64,000 bases of DNA from Camelus dromedarius (taxonomy: Eukaryota), in assembly GCF_036321535.1 (NCBI RefSeq), contig NC_087438.1, positions 11,410,001 to 11,474,000 on the forward strand. The letters run 5' to 3'. A model generated the notes under the pieces. The model was not told the DNA's origin. It was given only the letters and a program-made list of their open reading frames with translations, and made no database searches. The first letter of the stretch is position 1, and every line of letters starts with the position of its first letter. A program made the position numbers and the translations under genes. Shown here in pieces: positions 11,067 to 24,362 of the stretch.

Positions 11067-13536
11067 ATCATACAACTCTTCCCTTTTATGTGGTTGATTG
11101 GTTATGACCAAACCAGTTACAAATATGATAAAGTCCCACATCCTAAGAATGCAAAGAACAGCAGTTTTCAGGAGCCAGAGGAATATCCACAAGTTGCTTT
11201 CCCCAAATTCCTGTATCTGATGAACAGAAGTTTAAAAGAGGATTGTAAAGCTCTCCAGAATTTCTCCGAGTTCAGAACACTGCAAATTGCTGAATAATTG
11301 TCTTTTTTTGTCTAAGTTTTAAAATCTTAAAGTTAATTTAAATCTCAAGAAGGTGTCATAGGAATAATCTTTAAAGAAGAATCTATGCACAGTGGCAGCA
11401 AAAATATATATATTTTCCAAAGATTAGGCTAAAAAATTTAGTAACTACTGCTCTGGAGAAATGCCATATGTTAAAAAAAAATTTTGTTTTAATTTAAAAA
11501 CCTCTTCCTTTCTTTGATAGGTCAGTCTATCCTAGCCAGCACTGCCTACAAACACCACTCCCACCTACAGCAATTTGGACTGGAGGGGGGAGAGCCTGAG
11601 AAGGTGGAAAATTTGGATTTCTACTGTTTCAACAGGAGGAAAAAAGCAATTGCCAGTAGATGCTTTTAATTACATGCAGATTGGCCTTTTATTTTTCTTT
11701 GGTCCTTTCCGTTTGGTGCCCAGGAAGGGGAAGCATTACCTCTACTGCTTACATCAGAGGTCTGCTTTCACTTAGCTGCCGAGCGAGCAAGTCCTGCTGT
11801 CTTTCTAGAGCATGCAAATCCACTGTGAGAGGAGTTGAAGTGGCTCCAAGTACGACAGAGACATTTGTGGAGTCGGACCAGCCCCCCACCTGCCACAGTA
11901 ACTCTGGGCACTGGTGGGGGCCGTTCCCCTTGAGCAGAAGGGGAAAGCCAGGCAGGGCGGCTGGACCATCTCTCCTTCATGCTGGCGGAGAGTTGGGGGC
12001 ACAGTGGCCATAGGATGGAGTGAGTGAGGAGGAAAGGGCAGGACTGGGGAAGGAGAATATTTCCTCCAGTTCCTCCAGGGTCCCCACCATCCACACAGCA
12101 TCACTCAGGTCCCAGGGGAAGATGCTGCAGGCATAGGAGCCACCAAACCCTAGGAAGGGGTGCCTACATCAGGGAGCATGGGGAGATGGAGAGGGCCCAA
12201 GCAGGTGTGCCGCAGAAGGGGACCAATGCTTGGCATCCATTGGAGATCAAAGGCATTATTTTTATCAGAAGGAATAAATCGTAGTCACTCACAGAACCTC
12301 CTCCCACTTTAGAAAAAAAAAAAAAAGTCTTCAGAAGTAACAATGAGTCACAAATATAAGAAAGCCCAAATGGCTTGGGACTCTGTAGGAAAAGGTCTTT
12401 TTCCTGCAGCCACCTCAGGATCCATCTGTTCCCTCCTTCCCTTGGGCTGGACACACTGACCTCCCGCTTAGACACTAGCATTCCTGCTGTGCTCCCAGAC
12501 GCCAAGCCGACCAGCCGACTGGACCACTTCCTATCTCCTTTTCTGGGCGTTTTGGTAGCTGATGGCTCTGACTTCCTCTGAATTCAATCTACTATGGGAA
12601 AATAAGTCATTCTGAGAAATGGGTTCTTTCAACTTAAGGGGACAAATTGGGGGATGATTTTCTTTTTGTTCTTGTATAGTGTGCCCGCCTGAAGTGGTGA
12701 ATCGACTGAGAGCTTCTAATTGGTTTTTTCTGCACACACACCAGCCCAGTCCAACGTGAGATGCACACAGTAAGCTTCCATTTGTAGGGGACAGTTTAGA
12801 ATCGATATTCTAATAAGATTTTGAGCATCTGGGTTACATGCCCACTTTCCCAATGAACTAGCCAGCCCCCTGACCACTGGCCAGCCAAGTTGCAGACTCA
12901 CTGAGACCCAGTTAACTCCTGTTGCCAACTAGAAAAATTAAGACTAACCCACCAGGAGTAAAGAAATGAAAAAGCTCGTATTGCTAAATGAATATCCCTC
13001 AAATGGAAAAAAAGTATAGTTAAGAATATTCAAATAACTAAGACACAGTAGAATGCAGCATTTCCTATTGAAAGTGGATTAAATACTATTAGCTTGTTAC
13101 TTATCTTCTTTTCAAATATAAAAGCAAAGATTACTTATTGTAAAATTAAATGAAAGAACATAAATAGAAGTGAATGAAGTAGAAAGCCACAGCCCAGTGC
13201 CTCATCCAGTTCTCCAGATATACCCTCTCTGGTGTGTTACTGGATCTTGATTGCATCATGCTAGACAGTTTTCTATAAATATACAATTATTTAAATAGTC
13301 ATACAACAAACTTTTTATCAAGCTTGGGATCACAATTATAGATCTTATTCTTTAACTTGCTTTTCTGCGAATTGAAATAGTGGAGTCTTTTCTCTGTGCT
13401 CATATCTTATAAATGTCAGCCATCCACATCGAACTCACTTTTCTAATGTTTTTAGAGTATTCCATCAGTGTATTCAATTTGTTCAAAGTTGATGGACACA
13501 GATTGTTTTTGGTTTTCTATTATATGTTTGTTTTAC

Positions 13537-13617
13537 TACTATATATAAAATAGATAACAAGAAGTCTCTTCTGTATAGCACAGGGAACTATATTTAATAT
13601 CTTGCAATAGCCTATAA
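13537..13617 (+). mobile_element. L1 3' UTR fragment
   Basis: ctactatatataaaatagataacaag...tgtatagcacagggaactatatttaatatcttgcaatagcctataat; same family text as 46600-46680. Confidence 0.8.
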
Positions 13618-13764
13618 TACATTTGCTTTAAAAACTTCTTCATGAGTAGAAAGAATGGGGAAAAGGAGGAAAAGTTCAAAAAATAGGAGAGAAGAAAAGT
13701 AGTCACAACACCTAAAAACAGAGAAAGGATTTTGTTCTCTAAAACAGAAATAGCTCTTATAAGT

Positions 13765-14067
13765 CAGCATGAAAAAAAAATCCAATTTAAAAAGAAAGCA
13801 AAGCAAAGGATATGAAAAAGTAATTCACAAAAGATGTGTGAGCACATGAAATTATACTCAAGTCCTTCTCCAAAGAAATAGAAGTTGAAACTACAATACA
13901 AAATTTTTCTCCTACCAGATTGGAAAAAAGTTAAAGGACTTATTATCTTGAATGTTGATTAAAATCAACAGCAGGTTGATACACTGCTAATGGACTTGTA
14001 ATTGTTCCAGCCTCCTTGCAGAACAATTTGACAGTATGGATCCAAATTTTTAAAGTGAATATTCTTT
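13765..14067 (+). mobile_element. Old L1M ORF2 3' region relic (resumes at about 14574 and 15210)
   Basis: aaggatatgaaaaagtaattcacaaaag...cctaccagattggaaaaaagttaaag...acactgctaatgg...agaacaatttgacagta; diverged L1 ORF2 end. Confidence 0.65.
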
Positions 14068-14214
14068 TTTAAATTAAAAAATTATATATATATATTTTTT
14101 GATGTTTTGTGAATTAGAACTGTATTAATTTTTTATTGAATGATTCTTTAAATTCTGTAGTGCTTTACAATTTTCAAAAGTTTTACACTCATGATTTCAT
14201 ATGATCCCATAATA

Positions 14215-14558
14215 ACCCTTTTTTCCCCCCTACCCCTGTATTGCCCCTCCTTCCTTCCTTCTCCCCCACTGGTAACCACAAGTTCATTCTCTAAATCTTT
14301 GAGTCAGCTTCTTTTTTGTTTTATTCACTAGTTTGCTGTATTTTTTAGATTCTACATATAAGTGATATCATACAGTATTTTGTCTTTCTTTGTCTGGCTT
14401 ATTTCAGTTAGTAGAATACCCTCCAAGTCCATCCATGTTGTTACAGATGGCAGGATTTCTTTTTTATGACTGAATAGTATTCCATTCTGTATATATCGCC
14501 TATCTTCTTTATCCATTTATCTGTTGATGGACACTTAGGTTGCTTCCATACCTTGACA
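14215..14558 (-). mobile_element. L1 3' UTR/ORF2-end fragment
   Basis: ccccactggtaaccac...ttttttagattctacatataagtgatatcatacagtat...gtccatccatgttgttacagatggc...gatggacacttaggttgcttcc. Confidence 0.85.
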
Positions 14559-14580
14559 AGGTAAATATTCTTTAGCCCAG

Positions 14581-15209
14581 GGCACTAGGCAGAATTCTAA
14601 GATGGTCTGCAAGATCCCTGCATCTGTGTACAAGCTCTGCTTGTCTCCCTCCCTTGGGTGCCAGCAGGACCTGTGTACACAGTGGGAGTTCACTCTCTTG
14701 ATTAGGCTGCAGTATATAGTAAAGATGAAGGGATTTTGTAATTAAGACCTTAAGTCAGTTATTCTTGATTTAACCAAAGGGAGATCATCCTACTTGGGCC
14801 TGACCTAATTAGGCGAAAGCCCTTAAAGAAAAGACTGGCTTCTTCCCCAAGAAAGGGATTCTCCTTCTGGCCTTGAAGTAAATTATCATATTGACAGGGG
14901 GCCACGTGGCAAGGAACTGCAGGTGACCTGTAGGAGCTGAGAACAGCACCCAGTGAACAGCCAGCAAGAAAACAAATTTTACCACCACAAGGAACTGAAT
15001 TCTTCCAACTACCACGTCAGCTTGGAAGAGGACCCTGAGCTCCAGAAAGGACACAGTTCAGCAAACACCTTGATTGCAGCCTTGGAAGACCCTGAGCAGA
15101 GAACCCAACCAAAACTCCTGAACCACCAGAACTATAAAATCATGCATGGTGTTGTTTAAAGCCACCAAGTTTGTGATTACTTGTTACACAGCAATAGGTG
15201 ACTAGTACA
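14581..15209 (+). mobile_element. MLT1E/F-like solo LTR
   Basis: taggcagaattctaagatgg...gccacgtggcaaggaactgcagg...caaggaactgaattcttccaac...ttgttacacagcaataggtgactagtaca. Confidence 0.8.
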
Positions 15210-16269
15210 GCAATTGTGCTTCTAGAAATGTATCTGACAAAAATTCTCTGGTGAGTCTACAGTGTTGATGTAAAGTTACAGTCCTTGAATTATTTGGAAT
15301 AGTTTAACCTTTCACTGATAATTTAGAAGGATTTCCAGCTCCTTACGTCATCTGGGCTACCTCAGTTAGTTAATGTTTTCCATTCTTAAAGGAAACTCAA
15401 TATGGCAGGCACAACACTTTGAAACTGGGATGGTTGTGTGTACGTGTGTGCACAGATGCATGTTTTAATGGAATTATTTAACCAAGAGCTAACTCTTAAG
15501 TCCAAAATAAAGCTTTCTAAGGCAACTGCAGGATTCCATTGTGGCTGAGAGCCCAAAATTTGTTTCATGACAAAGGGGTCCCTATCTCTTCTCCAGAAAC
15601 CCTAGGGGTTTTGTTGTTATTTCAAACAGTATTTTTCAGGAGCATTGAATCCTTGGCTATTCAAGAGGAAACAAAAGCTAGGGGTTAATGTTTTCAAATT
15701 CTGTTGCCTGGAATTATTTTCTCTTCTGGAAAAGTAAATCCAAGATGACAGTTGCCAAGATTGAATATGTTTGGGGGACTATTCCTAAAACTGAATGTAT
15801 AAATTATTGCTCCAGTAAGGTGCAGTTTGATGAACTCCACTGATGTATGGTTTATGCAAGCAATTCTTCTGTGTATTAAAAACCCTTTATAGCTTTGACC
15901 AACTCCTACATCTTATCCTTTGATTTGTGATTTGTAAAAAGCCACCTAAATATAAAATGAATGCAGTGTGTGATTCCTCTCTTGACCTGCCTATTAAAAT
16001 TTAGCATCAATTTTTCTTCTTTTCATTGTATCTGAAAGAGACATTGTAGTTAAGTTTCGTAAACATTTAGTGAATAAGTGAATAGATGAATGAATGAATT
16101 AGAACAAATCACTACTAATTCAAAATGCAAAATTTTTCCCTGTTAATTTTGTTTTTAATCTCTTGAAATGAGACTATTAATATTATTAGGACAGAGTGTC
16201 TGAATTCTATTTACCTATAAAAACTTAAAGTTCATTAAAATCTTTCTGCTTGTGCCTTACCTGTTCTCA

Positions 16270-16460
16270 GAACTTAGTAGGTATTAGCTCATTCAGTTCT
16301 CCTATGAATGAAGTACTCTTACTGTCTCCATTATACAGATGAGAAAACTGAGATATGAACTGATTAGTCATCTTGCCTGATACGCTAGGTAGGTAGAAGT
16401 GGAGTGAGGATTTGAACCCTAGCAGTCTGGTCCTGGGACCTGCTTTCTTAAGCATCAGCA
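16270..16460 (-). mobile_element. MIR
   Basis: ccattatacagatgagaaaactgag...ggatttgaaccctagcagtctgg. Confidence 0.8.
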
Positions 16461-16584
16461 GTTCTGCCTGTAGACATCAGAGCTTAGATATCCTAGATAT
16501 TCACGTACTGTGACATCATGGAAAAGTGTCATCACCAACAAAAATTGTTATACAATGTAAAGGAACATATATATATATATATGT

Positions 16585-16766
16585 ATCGTCAGTTGACAAA
16601 GTTGTGTCAATTTCTGGTATACAGCATAGTGCTTCAGTCATACATGAACATACGTATATTCATTTTCATATTCTTTTTCACCATAAGTTACTATAAGATA
16701 TTGAATATAATTCCTGTGCTATACAGTATGAACCTGTTGTTTATCTATTTTACATATATTAGTATT
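16585..16766 (-). mobile_element. L1 3' UTR end
   Basis: gttgtgtcaatttctggtatacagcatagtg...catattctttttcaccataagttactataagatattgaatataattcctgtgctatacagta. Confidence 0.85.
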
Positions 16767-17442
16767 TAATTCAATTAGTAATGATACTTTTTAACATAGG
16801 AAAACTTTACATAAATGTTGAGGGGTAGTGAGAACGGTTGTAGAAAGAGGCTAAAGCAATTGGGCAATGATAAGAAACTAGCTGGAATCTTCGAATTGAT
16901 AAATTCAAGGGAGATGCACAAATGTGATTCCAGGTTGAAAAGAAATTATACCATATTCTTCCCCAGTTGTGCTCTAAGTGTGAAGTCCATGTTTTAGGTT
17001 CTTTGGTATCTTTTCTTGCAGAGTAGCTTCTATCTGATGGTTTCTTTGTATTACCTTCCATAGAGAAAGGGACATATCTTTGAAAGGGCCCCAAATCAGG
17101 CAAATTAGCCCTGGATTTTTGAAGGATCACAGAGAAATCACTTTCAAAGCCAGATAAGCTGTGATCCCCTCCACGTCATCTCCAGGATGACAGAGGTAGA
17201 AGGACCTCTTAAAAAGCAGACATCTATTATAATTATTGATATAACCATTCAGAATTATAACTTTTTCTTAGAATTTATGTGCTAGGAATTGTAGCAAGTG
17301 CTTTCAAGCATTATCTCACTTAATTCTCACACCTTTCTCTCCCCTATCAACTGGGGATTGCAGCCAGCTCATTTCCATGATCATCAGGGTTCAGATATCC
17401 TAGTTACAACCTAAAATCTACATGTGGCCATTTGCTCCTTAC

Positions 17443-17470
17443 CTGTTCCTACCATTTCTCCTCCAGGGCT
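17443..17470 (-). other. Candidate 28-nt internal exon (unverified)
   Basis: Minus strand: CCGTATCTTTCTTTTCCAG | AGCCCTGGAGGAGAAATGGTAGGAACAG | GTAAGG. Confidence 0.25.
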
Positions 17471-19539
17471 CTGGAAAAGAAAGATACGGATTTCCCACAT
17501 AGTAAGCTATGCTTTTGAGTTTTATTTTCCCTGAGTCCTTTTGTTGAAAATCCTGGAGCAGTAGGTCAACACTGGATCTTCCCTTTGAATGTCTTGTGAG
17601 CCCTGCTCACCTTTTCCTTGGGTGCAATTTAACTCTGTCCCGAACACATGGGATGCTTAACTTCTCTGTTTCTGTAGCTACTCTGCCTCTTTCCAAAAGA
17701 GCTCGACTAGAGTGCTGTATCTTTTTCCTTTTAAAAACACAGCTCTGAAACACAGCCCTGAAACACAGCCTTTCTTGATATAAAGCATTGCATTGGAGCT
17801 ATTATGTGTGTAATCAGCAAGGACACACATGCCCAGCCACTTCCTGAAGAACATGTTGCCAGGCCAGTTCACAGTCTCTCCTTTTCTTGGCATTCCCTTG
17901 TCTATTTGGAGAGTCTTACCACCGTCTAGAGAATTTTTTGTCCATCAAGTACTTTCTGTTTGAAAATGATGCATAAATGGCCTCTTTTCCTGTTTTAGTC
18001 CACATGCAAAATGGAGTCTGAGTTGAAAGCAGACTTTGTCTTAGACTCACACAATAGCCTGTGCTTGAGTCACTGTTGCACCTGAGCTTAGGAAAACAGC
18101 CTTTTGGGAACTTGACTCTTTCTCTGTCCTCCAAGAGGCTAAAACTCATTTTATCAGCAACAGAACCTATTTGAATTGACGAAGTAATGGATCTTTCCAA
18201 TAATTTCATATATGCTCTGCATCATAAGGACACTTCCCCCCCGCCTTTTACACCTGAGAGTGAGAGTCTTAGTTGCAATGAGTCTCTTACTGTACGATAA
18301 TTTTTAAGGCTAAATCTAAATGAATGGAATAAATATTATTTACCATGTCTCTTGACTGACAGTTTCAATTTCTTCTCAATTTTTTCTAATAGGAAGTTAA
18401 TGTAGTTTGGGGGAGCTAAGCTTATCTAAGGGTAAATATAAACTTGTATATTGTTATAGTCATGGAAATAAATAGCAAAATGGGGGGAAATGAGTCTATA
18501 AACTACAGTAAATGTATAAATAATCTCAGAAACCAGAGATTTTTCCTGTATGCAGCTCTCTAGGAACTTCCATCTAAGGCAGGTTCTTGATTCACGAAAA
18601 GACATATAACCTGTCCACTTTTTACTAGTGAAGGATATGCTTAAAATATACTAAAGCGATATCTAGGACACAAACCACTAAGCACAAACAACCCATCCTC
18701 TCTGCTCTGCATGCCCTGTCGGTTTCATCAAGGTCAAAGCTGGCTCGGTCTTTGAGTGGGTAGGGAGATGACATCATGGTGAAAAGTCCCATCAGTCCAT
18801 GCTAGGTTGTAGCTCTCTTAGCACTGTTCTTGCAGACTTTGGAGTATCTCTCTGATATTGGATTGGTTACAGTGGAAACAGAAAGATTCTAATCATACAA
18901 AATAAAGATTTCCATTTGTGAGTTCAACTATTGGATCTGTCATCTTTCATCAGTAGAAAAATGGAGGAAATCAAATACTTTGTTTTGTTTTAACCACCCA
19001 GAGAAGGAAGAGAGTAGTGTGTGGGAAATCAATATATCTTACTTAGTCCAACTACTCCTCCCTCTGGGGTGTGTAAATGATCGGGGGCAAGCAAATTACT
19101 TTTCCATCATATTTGGCACAAAACTACCCTGGTGAGTGAGGAGAAAGGGAATCATTTGATAAGATTTGGAAAATACCATCTGTTTTTCTTAGTATTTCTG
19201 GATGAATTTATCAGGCATCCTGTAATTTACACTTTCTGTTGAAAACTATAATTGAATACCCGCATGGATGTGAAGCCTTCGGTTATTTGTCAGAAGCTAT
19301 ATGAGGACTGTGCCATTTAAGGGGGTTGTGTTTACAGTCAAGGGTAGAATCTGAAATGTTCAATTGTTTCCTCCCTGGAAAAAAATATCTGTCTCTGCCT
19401 ACATAGAGTGCTTCCTTGCTGTGTGAACTTGGAACTAGATGTTGATGTTTAGACACTTCCAATTCTATGATTCTATGGCTTTGAGATTTTCTTGTTCTCA
19501 CAAGTTCAGTCTAGCTATGATGTATATCGCACTTACTAG

Positions 19540-20140
19540 ATGCCAAGCAGTATGTGAGAGGTGAGGGCTGTACAATAACAGAGACGTCTTGTCCTGAAAA
19601 AATAAATAAATAAACAAACCAGGATATCAAGGGTGAAAGGCAAGTACAGGTAATCGCTATTAATAGCTCCCACTCATTGAGGATTTGCTGTTGTAAGCTG
19701 TAGACATACTGGCCTATTGAATCCTCATCTCTCGAGGTAGATTTGTAATAGTATGTCCATTGTACAAATGAGGAAGCTGACCCTGCTGGCAAACAAAGGA
19801 GCCCGGATTTGAGCAGAGGTACACTGGCTCCTGAGCCTGTGTTCAGAAACACTAGGCTGTGATAAAACATGGTGAATGCAGTGTTTAACCATGTAACCAC
19901 TGAATACCATGGATCACAGAGGAGGGACATCTGACCTAGCACATGGCGGGCTGGGGAGGTAGGACTCAAGATGAAGTCTCTGGCTGTGCCTCTGTCTTTT
20001 CAAAGGGGTGCTGTCTTGAACAGAGATTTAAAGAATGAGAAAGGGGTTGCTGGTTGAAGGAAGGAACATGAGGAGCCTCCAAAGAGAGGGCACAACTCAG
20101 CAAATGCCCTGAATTGAGAAGTGGTACTTTGGGTGATGGC
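19540..20140 (-). mobile_element. L2 relic with nested MIR (about 19660-19860)
   Basis: ccattgtacaaatgaggaagctga (MIR core); acagaggagggacatctgacctag...gtcttgaacagagatttaaagaatgaga (L2). Confidence 0.6.
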
Positions 20141-21029
20141 AAGGGTGGGGAGAGGTGGCGGAAGAGCATCTATTCCTAGGATCTGATCGACTAAACTCAA
20201 TCCTGGGCAATCAGGATGGCGATAGAGACATTTCACATGGGGTATCTGGGAGGAGGCCTCATGGAGGAACATATCACTGCCTTTCTACAGTTTAAGCCTT
20301 TCCTGCCCTGAGCTTCCAGGTGTAGTGATGCTCAGGTATACTGATACTCTGACTTGAGAGTAGTCTTTCAGAGTCCTGGATTGTTAGGTAGGGCAGGAAG
20401 GGGCAGGGCATGAAGTTAAGAGTATGGGAAGGAGTGTGATCACAGGGACTTTATGTTTATGATCAGGACCTGAAATTTCCCCTACATGGATGGTTTTAAA
20501 AAAAAAAAATCAATGCAGCAACTGTCTGGAGCTTGAATTTGTCAGAGACACAACTCTAAATTTCACATCTATTACATTGGCTATCTTCTTGAATGGCATA
20601 TGGATATTTGATCTTTTCGACTCTTAATGAACAGTGACAGAGATATAACAGATTGTTTTCATCAACATTTAAAAAGTTTCTGTCTGCCAAGCCATGGACC
20701 AAAATATTCAGTAGAATGAAGTGAACCACTTGGGAGTTTCCTTACTCTGATTTCATCTTTCTGCCTTGAGAGAGAAATGGTTCTGGCACCAGAATATGAA
20801 GCAGAAATAAGAGAGAGGGGCAAAGGAGCTGCGAAATCCACAGAGTAAATAACCATCTGTTAACAATTTATGTGACAAATGTTTAAAGAGGGCCTAGGCA
20901 CGCTAGGCTCATGTGGACGTTCAACACTAACAAGTGTTTGTCCTCAAAAATGTGTACGCTTAATAGTTGACTATAATTAATAGGTCAGCTTACACATGAA
21001 AGAATCAAATTCCAAAAACATTTTTCTTA

Positions 21030-21176
21030 CTATTTTTAACACCTTTATTGTGGTATGATTCTTGTACAGTAAACTGTACATTTTTCAGATGTACAATTTG
21101 ATGAATTTTGATAGATGTATACACCCATGAAACCACCACCACAATCAAGATAGCTAACATTTTCATCACTCCCTAA
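21030..21176 (-). mobile_element. Old L1MB/MC 3' end
   Basis: ctttattgtggtatgatt...gatgaattttgatagatgtatacacccatgaaaccaccaccacaatcaagata. Confidence 0.75.
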
Positions 21177-21180
21177 GAGA

Positions 21181-21786
21181 CACAAACTTTGAATTCCCAA
21201 TTTATCCCTTCCCACCCACTTTACCCACTGCTAACCATAGTTTGTTCTCTATGTCTATGAGTCTGTTTCTGTTTTGTAGATAAGTTCATTTGTGTCCTGG
21301 TTTTTTAAGTTACACATGTAAAGCATATCACATGGGATTTTTCTTTCTCTTTCTGACTGACTTCACTTAGAATGACAATCTCCAGGCCCATCCATGTTGC
21401 TGCAAATGGCATTACTTTATTCTTTTTGTGGCTGTTTAGTATTCCATTGTATAAACACACTACAGCTTCTTTATCCAGTCATCTGTCGATCGACATTTAG
21501 GTTGTTTCCATGTCTTGGCTACTGTAAATAGTGCTGCTGTGAACACTGGGGTGCAGGTGTCTTTTCTAATTATATTTTCCTCCAGATATATGCCCAGGAG
21601 TGGGATTGCCTCACATCAGTCAGAATGGCCATCATTAAAAAGTCCACAAACCATAAATGCTGGAGAGGGTGTGGAGAAAAAGGAACCCTCCTATACTGTT
21701 GGTGGGAATATAAATTGGTGCAGCCACTATGGGGGACAGTATGGAGATTCCTCAAAAAACTAAAACTAGATTTACTGTATGATCCA
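21181..21786 (-). mobile_element. L1 fragment with 5' inversion (21181-21609 minus, 21610-21786 plus)
   Basis: Plus ORF 21625 encodes [36 protein letters not shown] (ORF2 Cys-rich region); the adjacent 3' part is antisense; orientation switches at gggattgc|ctcacatc. Confidence 0.9.
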
Positions 21787-24004
21787 AAAACATCTTTAAC
21801 AAACATCCCATTACCCATCATGTTAACCACCCAGTCTTTCAATAGGTTTTGTTGTCTGTCAAGGTAACCTTGGGCCTGTTTGCCAGCTGAGTTTATCTGA
21901 ATGTGAGTGCCATTTGCAAGCCTTGGTGGAAAAGAAAGAGAGAAGACTTTGAGGTGGGATATCTGGTTCAAGTTCAGGTTCAAACCAGGTGCTTTCATTT
22001 TCATCCTTTCTGAATATGAAAGTGCTAAGAGTGTGAGACTTCCTATTTTTCTCACATGTTCTCCCAGCTGCTTCTTACTGTGCTTTCAACAGGAAGTAGG
22101 TAGGTCATTCTGGCTGAAACGGGCCACAAACAGCCCCCTCTGCTTATAACAATTTCCTATCACATTACCTCACCTGAATTTTTGAGCCAAGTTCTATTTG
22201 GGGTGGGCCCTGTGATCATTATTCCTTCCTCATTAAAAACTCAAAAAAAAAAAAGTTAAACTGCTTGATCATAACTCTACTCAGGCAAGCCTCAAAAACA
22301 GACACTTGTCCATAAGTAATTCTGATCAACTTCTTCACTAATGTTCTGCTTAATTGTTTACAGTGAAAGCTGGGTGCTAGTCCCCTGTTGCGGTGATAAG
22401 ACCTGTGTATTTCCTAATGTTACAAACGAGTCAGAATCCATTGTTCTCACTTCCTGTGCAGTGTAGTTGACCTCCTCCAAGTTAGGAAAACACTTAGCTG
22501 GAAGGTTTGCCCTGGTTAATTCTGATAGAAAATAAAACCACAATGATTATCAGAGACCTTGGTTATTTTTCATTGTTGCTTAACTGTACATATTCTCCAT
22601 GTAAGTAAATACAATTTTGCAGCATTTATTGAGGATTTTTTACTTCAAAAGAAATATACATTTCCAATTTTTTAAATGTGTAAAAAAATGAGTTCAAAAG
22701 AAAGGAATTTTCCTGTAATTTTGCATTTTAAAGATCTGTTAATGCGCAGAAGAGCTTTTTCCACATATGTGTATATTTATAGAAATGTACATAGCTAGAT
22801 CTATTTATAAACATTTATAATGAAATCACTTTGCAGTGCTTCACTGGATTTTAGGTGGGATAGGACCCAAAAATTACGTACACACTTTGTCCTGATGGAC
22901 TCACTGTAAAGTAGTACAGGCAGTTAACCATTTCCTTCCTGCCTTCAGTTACATATTTTCTTAGTCCCTCTAAAATAAAAAATGATCTTAGGAAAAATGA
23001 TACATCTAAAATAAGAGTTATCATAAATTTGATCCATTAAATTTGGTCACTCATAGAGGTAAATTAAAATCATGTGTCAAGAAATATTTCTTTTTGTTTT
23101 AAGGTAAACAGAATAGTATATAGATAATTTGTGATTAGCATGGAGTGGAGGGAAGAAAACTGCCATTTAGGAAACATTTACGAATGCCCTTGTTCAGGAA
23201 TTCAAATCTCCTTGCAATAATGAGAATTTGGCGCTATCCACTTGACTACTGAGGGAAGTAAGATTTAGAGATTTTCAAGTTTTCCCATGGTCACAGTGCT
23301 AAAAAGTTATAAAGTTACTGTGTGAACCCAAGTTTGTCTGATTCCAAAGTCTATGATTGGTCTTTTAAAAAAAATGCATAGTTTTGTTTTCTAGCTACCA
23401 AAGTAATGTTTACTTAGAGTTTAAAATACTTTGAGAATAGAGGAATATGTAGCATAGAAAGATAAAGATATCCATTATTCCACCCCCAGAAAAACTGCTG
23501 GTAATTGTTGGGCATGTATTTTCTAAACTTGTGTTCTATGCGTCTGCTAAAATACACACTTTTTTTTTTTTTTTTTTGGCTTTCGTTCATTTTCTCTCCT
23601 TTCCTTCTTTTCTTTTTTTACTTAATCAATTCCTAGTAAAGGCATATTTAGGGTTATTATAGACATTGTTTTAATAGATGTCTTAATATGTTTACTTTTA
23701 GCATGAATCCAAGTGTTTTTGTAAGGTAAATCACAAAAATAAAAATTCCTGAGATTAAAAGTATGCACACAATAAATTACAGGCAGTACTGCAACACGGC
23801 CTTCCAGAAAGATTTTGCCAGCTTTTAGTCCCATGGCACCACGTGAGAGTGCCCAGGAGACTGTGCTTCCCTGTCATTGCACTAATCAAACATTAAGTCT
23901 GAAGGACCCCTGAGGGATGCTAATGGTTTGCCTGTTGTCATATGCGTAGTTAAGACCTGGGTTCAAGCCCAGCCGAGAATGTAGTAGTGAACACGTGAAA
24001 CATA

Positions 24005-24180
24005 GTAATGGTGATAGCCAGTACTTCAGAGTGCCAGCCACTGCTCTGAACACTGTAACACCATCTAATCCTCATGACAACCTTACGGGTGCATGCAGCT
24101 ACTGTCCTCAGATTGCAGACTGGAAACTGGGGCTTTGAGAGGCTAAGTGACGTTTTCCCAAGTCGATACAGTTAGGATTG
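24005..24180 (-). mobile_element. MIR
   Basis: taatcctcatgacaacc...gactggaaactggggctttgagaggctaagtgacgttttcccaagtc. Confidence 0.7.
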
Positions 24181-24362
24181 GGCAATGTGGTCCAAAATGT
24201 ATGTCTATTTTCTACTTATTTTCTATTAGTTAAGTTGTTTCCAAGAGTTGTTTGAACCACGTTGCCTAGCAAAGTCCATTCAGAAGTTATAAGAAATCCA
24301 TATGTACCATCAAATGCAGAGGAAGTGCTGGATTAAGGATTTTGAGTTTAAAAAAACTCAAA

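Noticed and set aside
18700..18775. Faint 5S rRNA/AmnSINE-like similarity
   Set aside because: Too few matching bases to separate from chance without an HMM search
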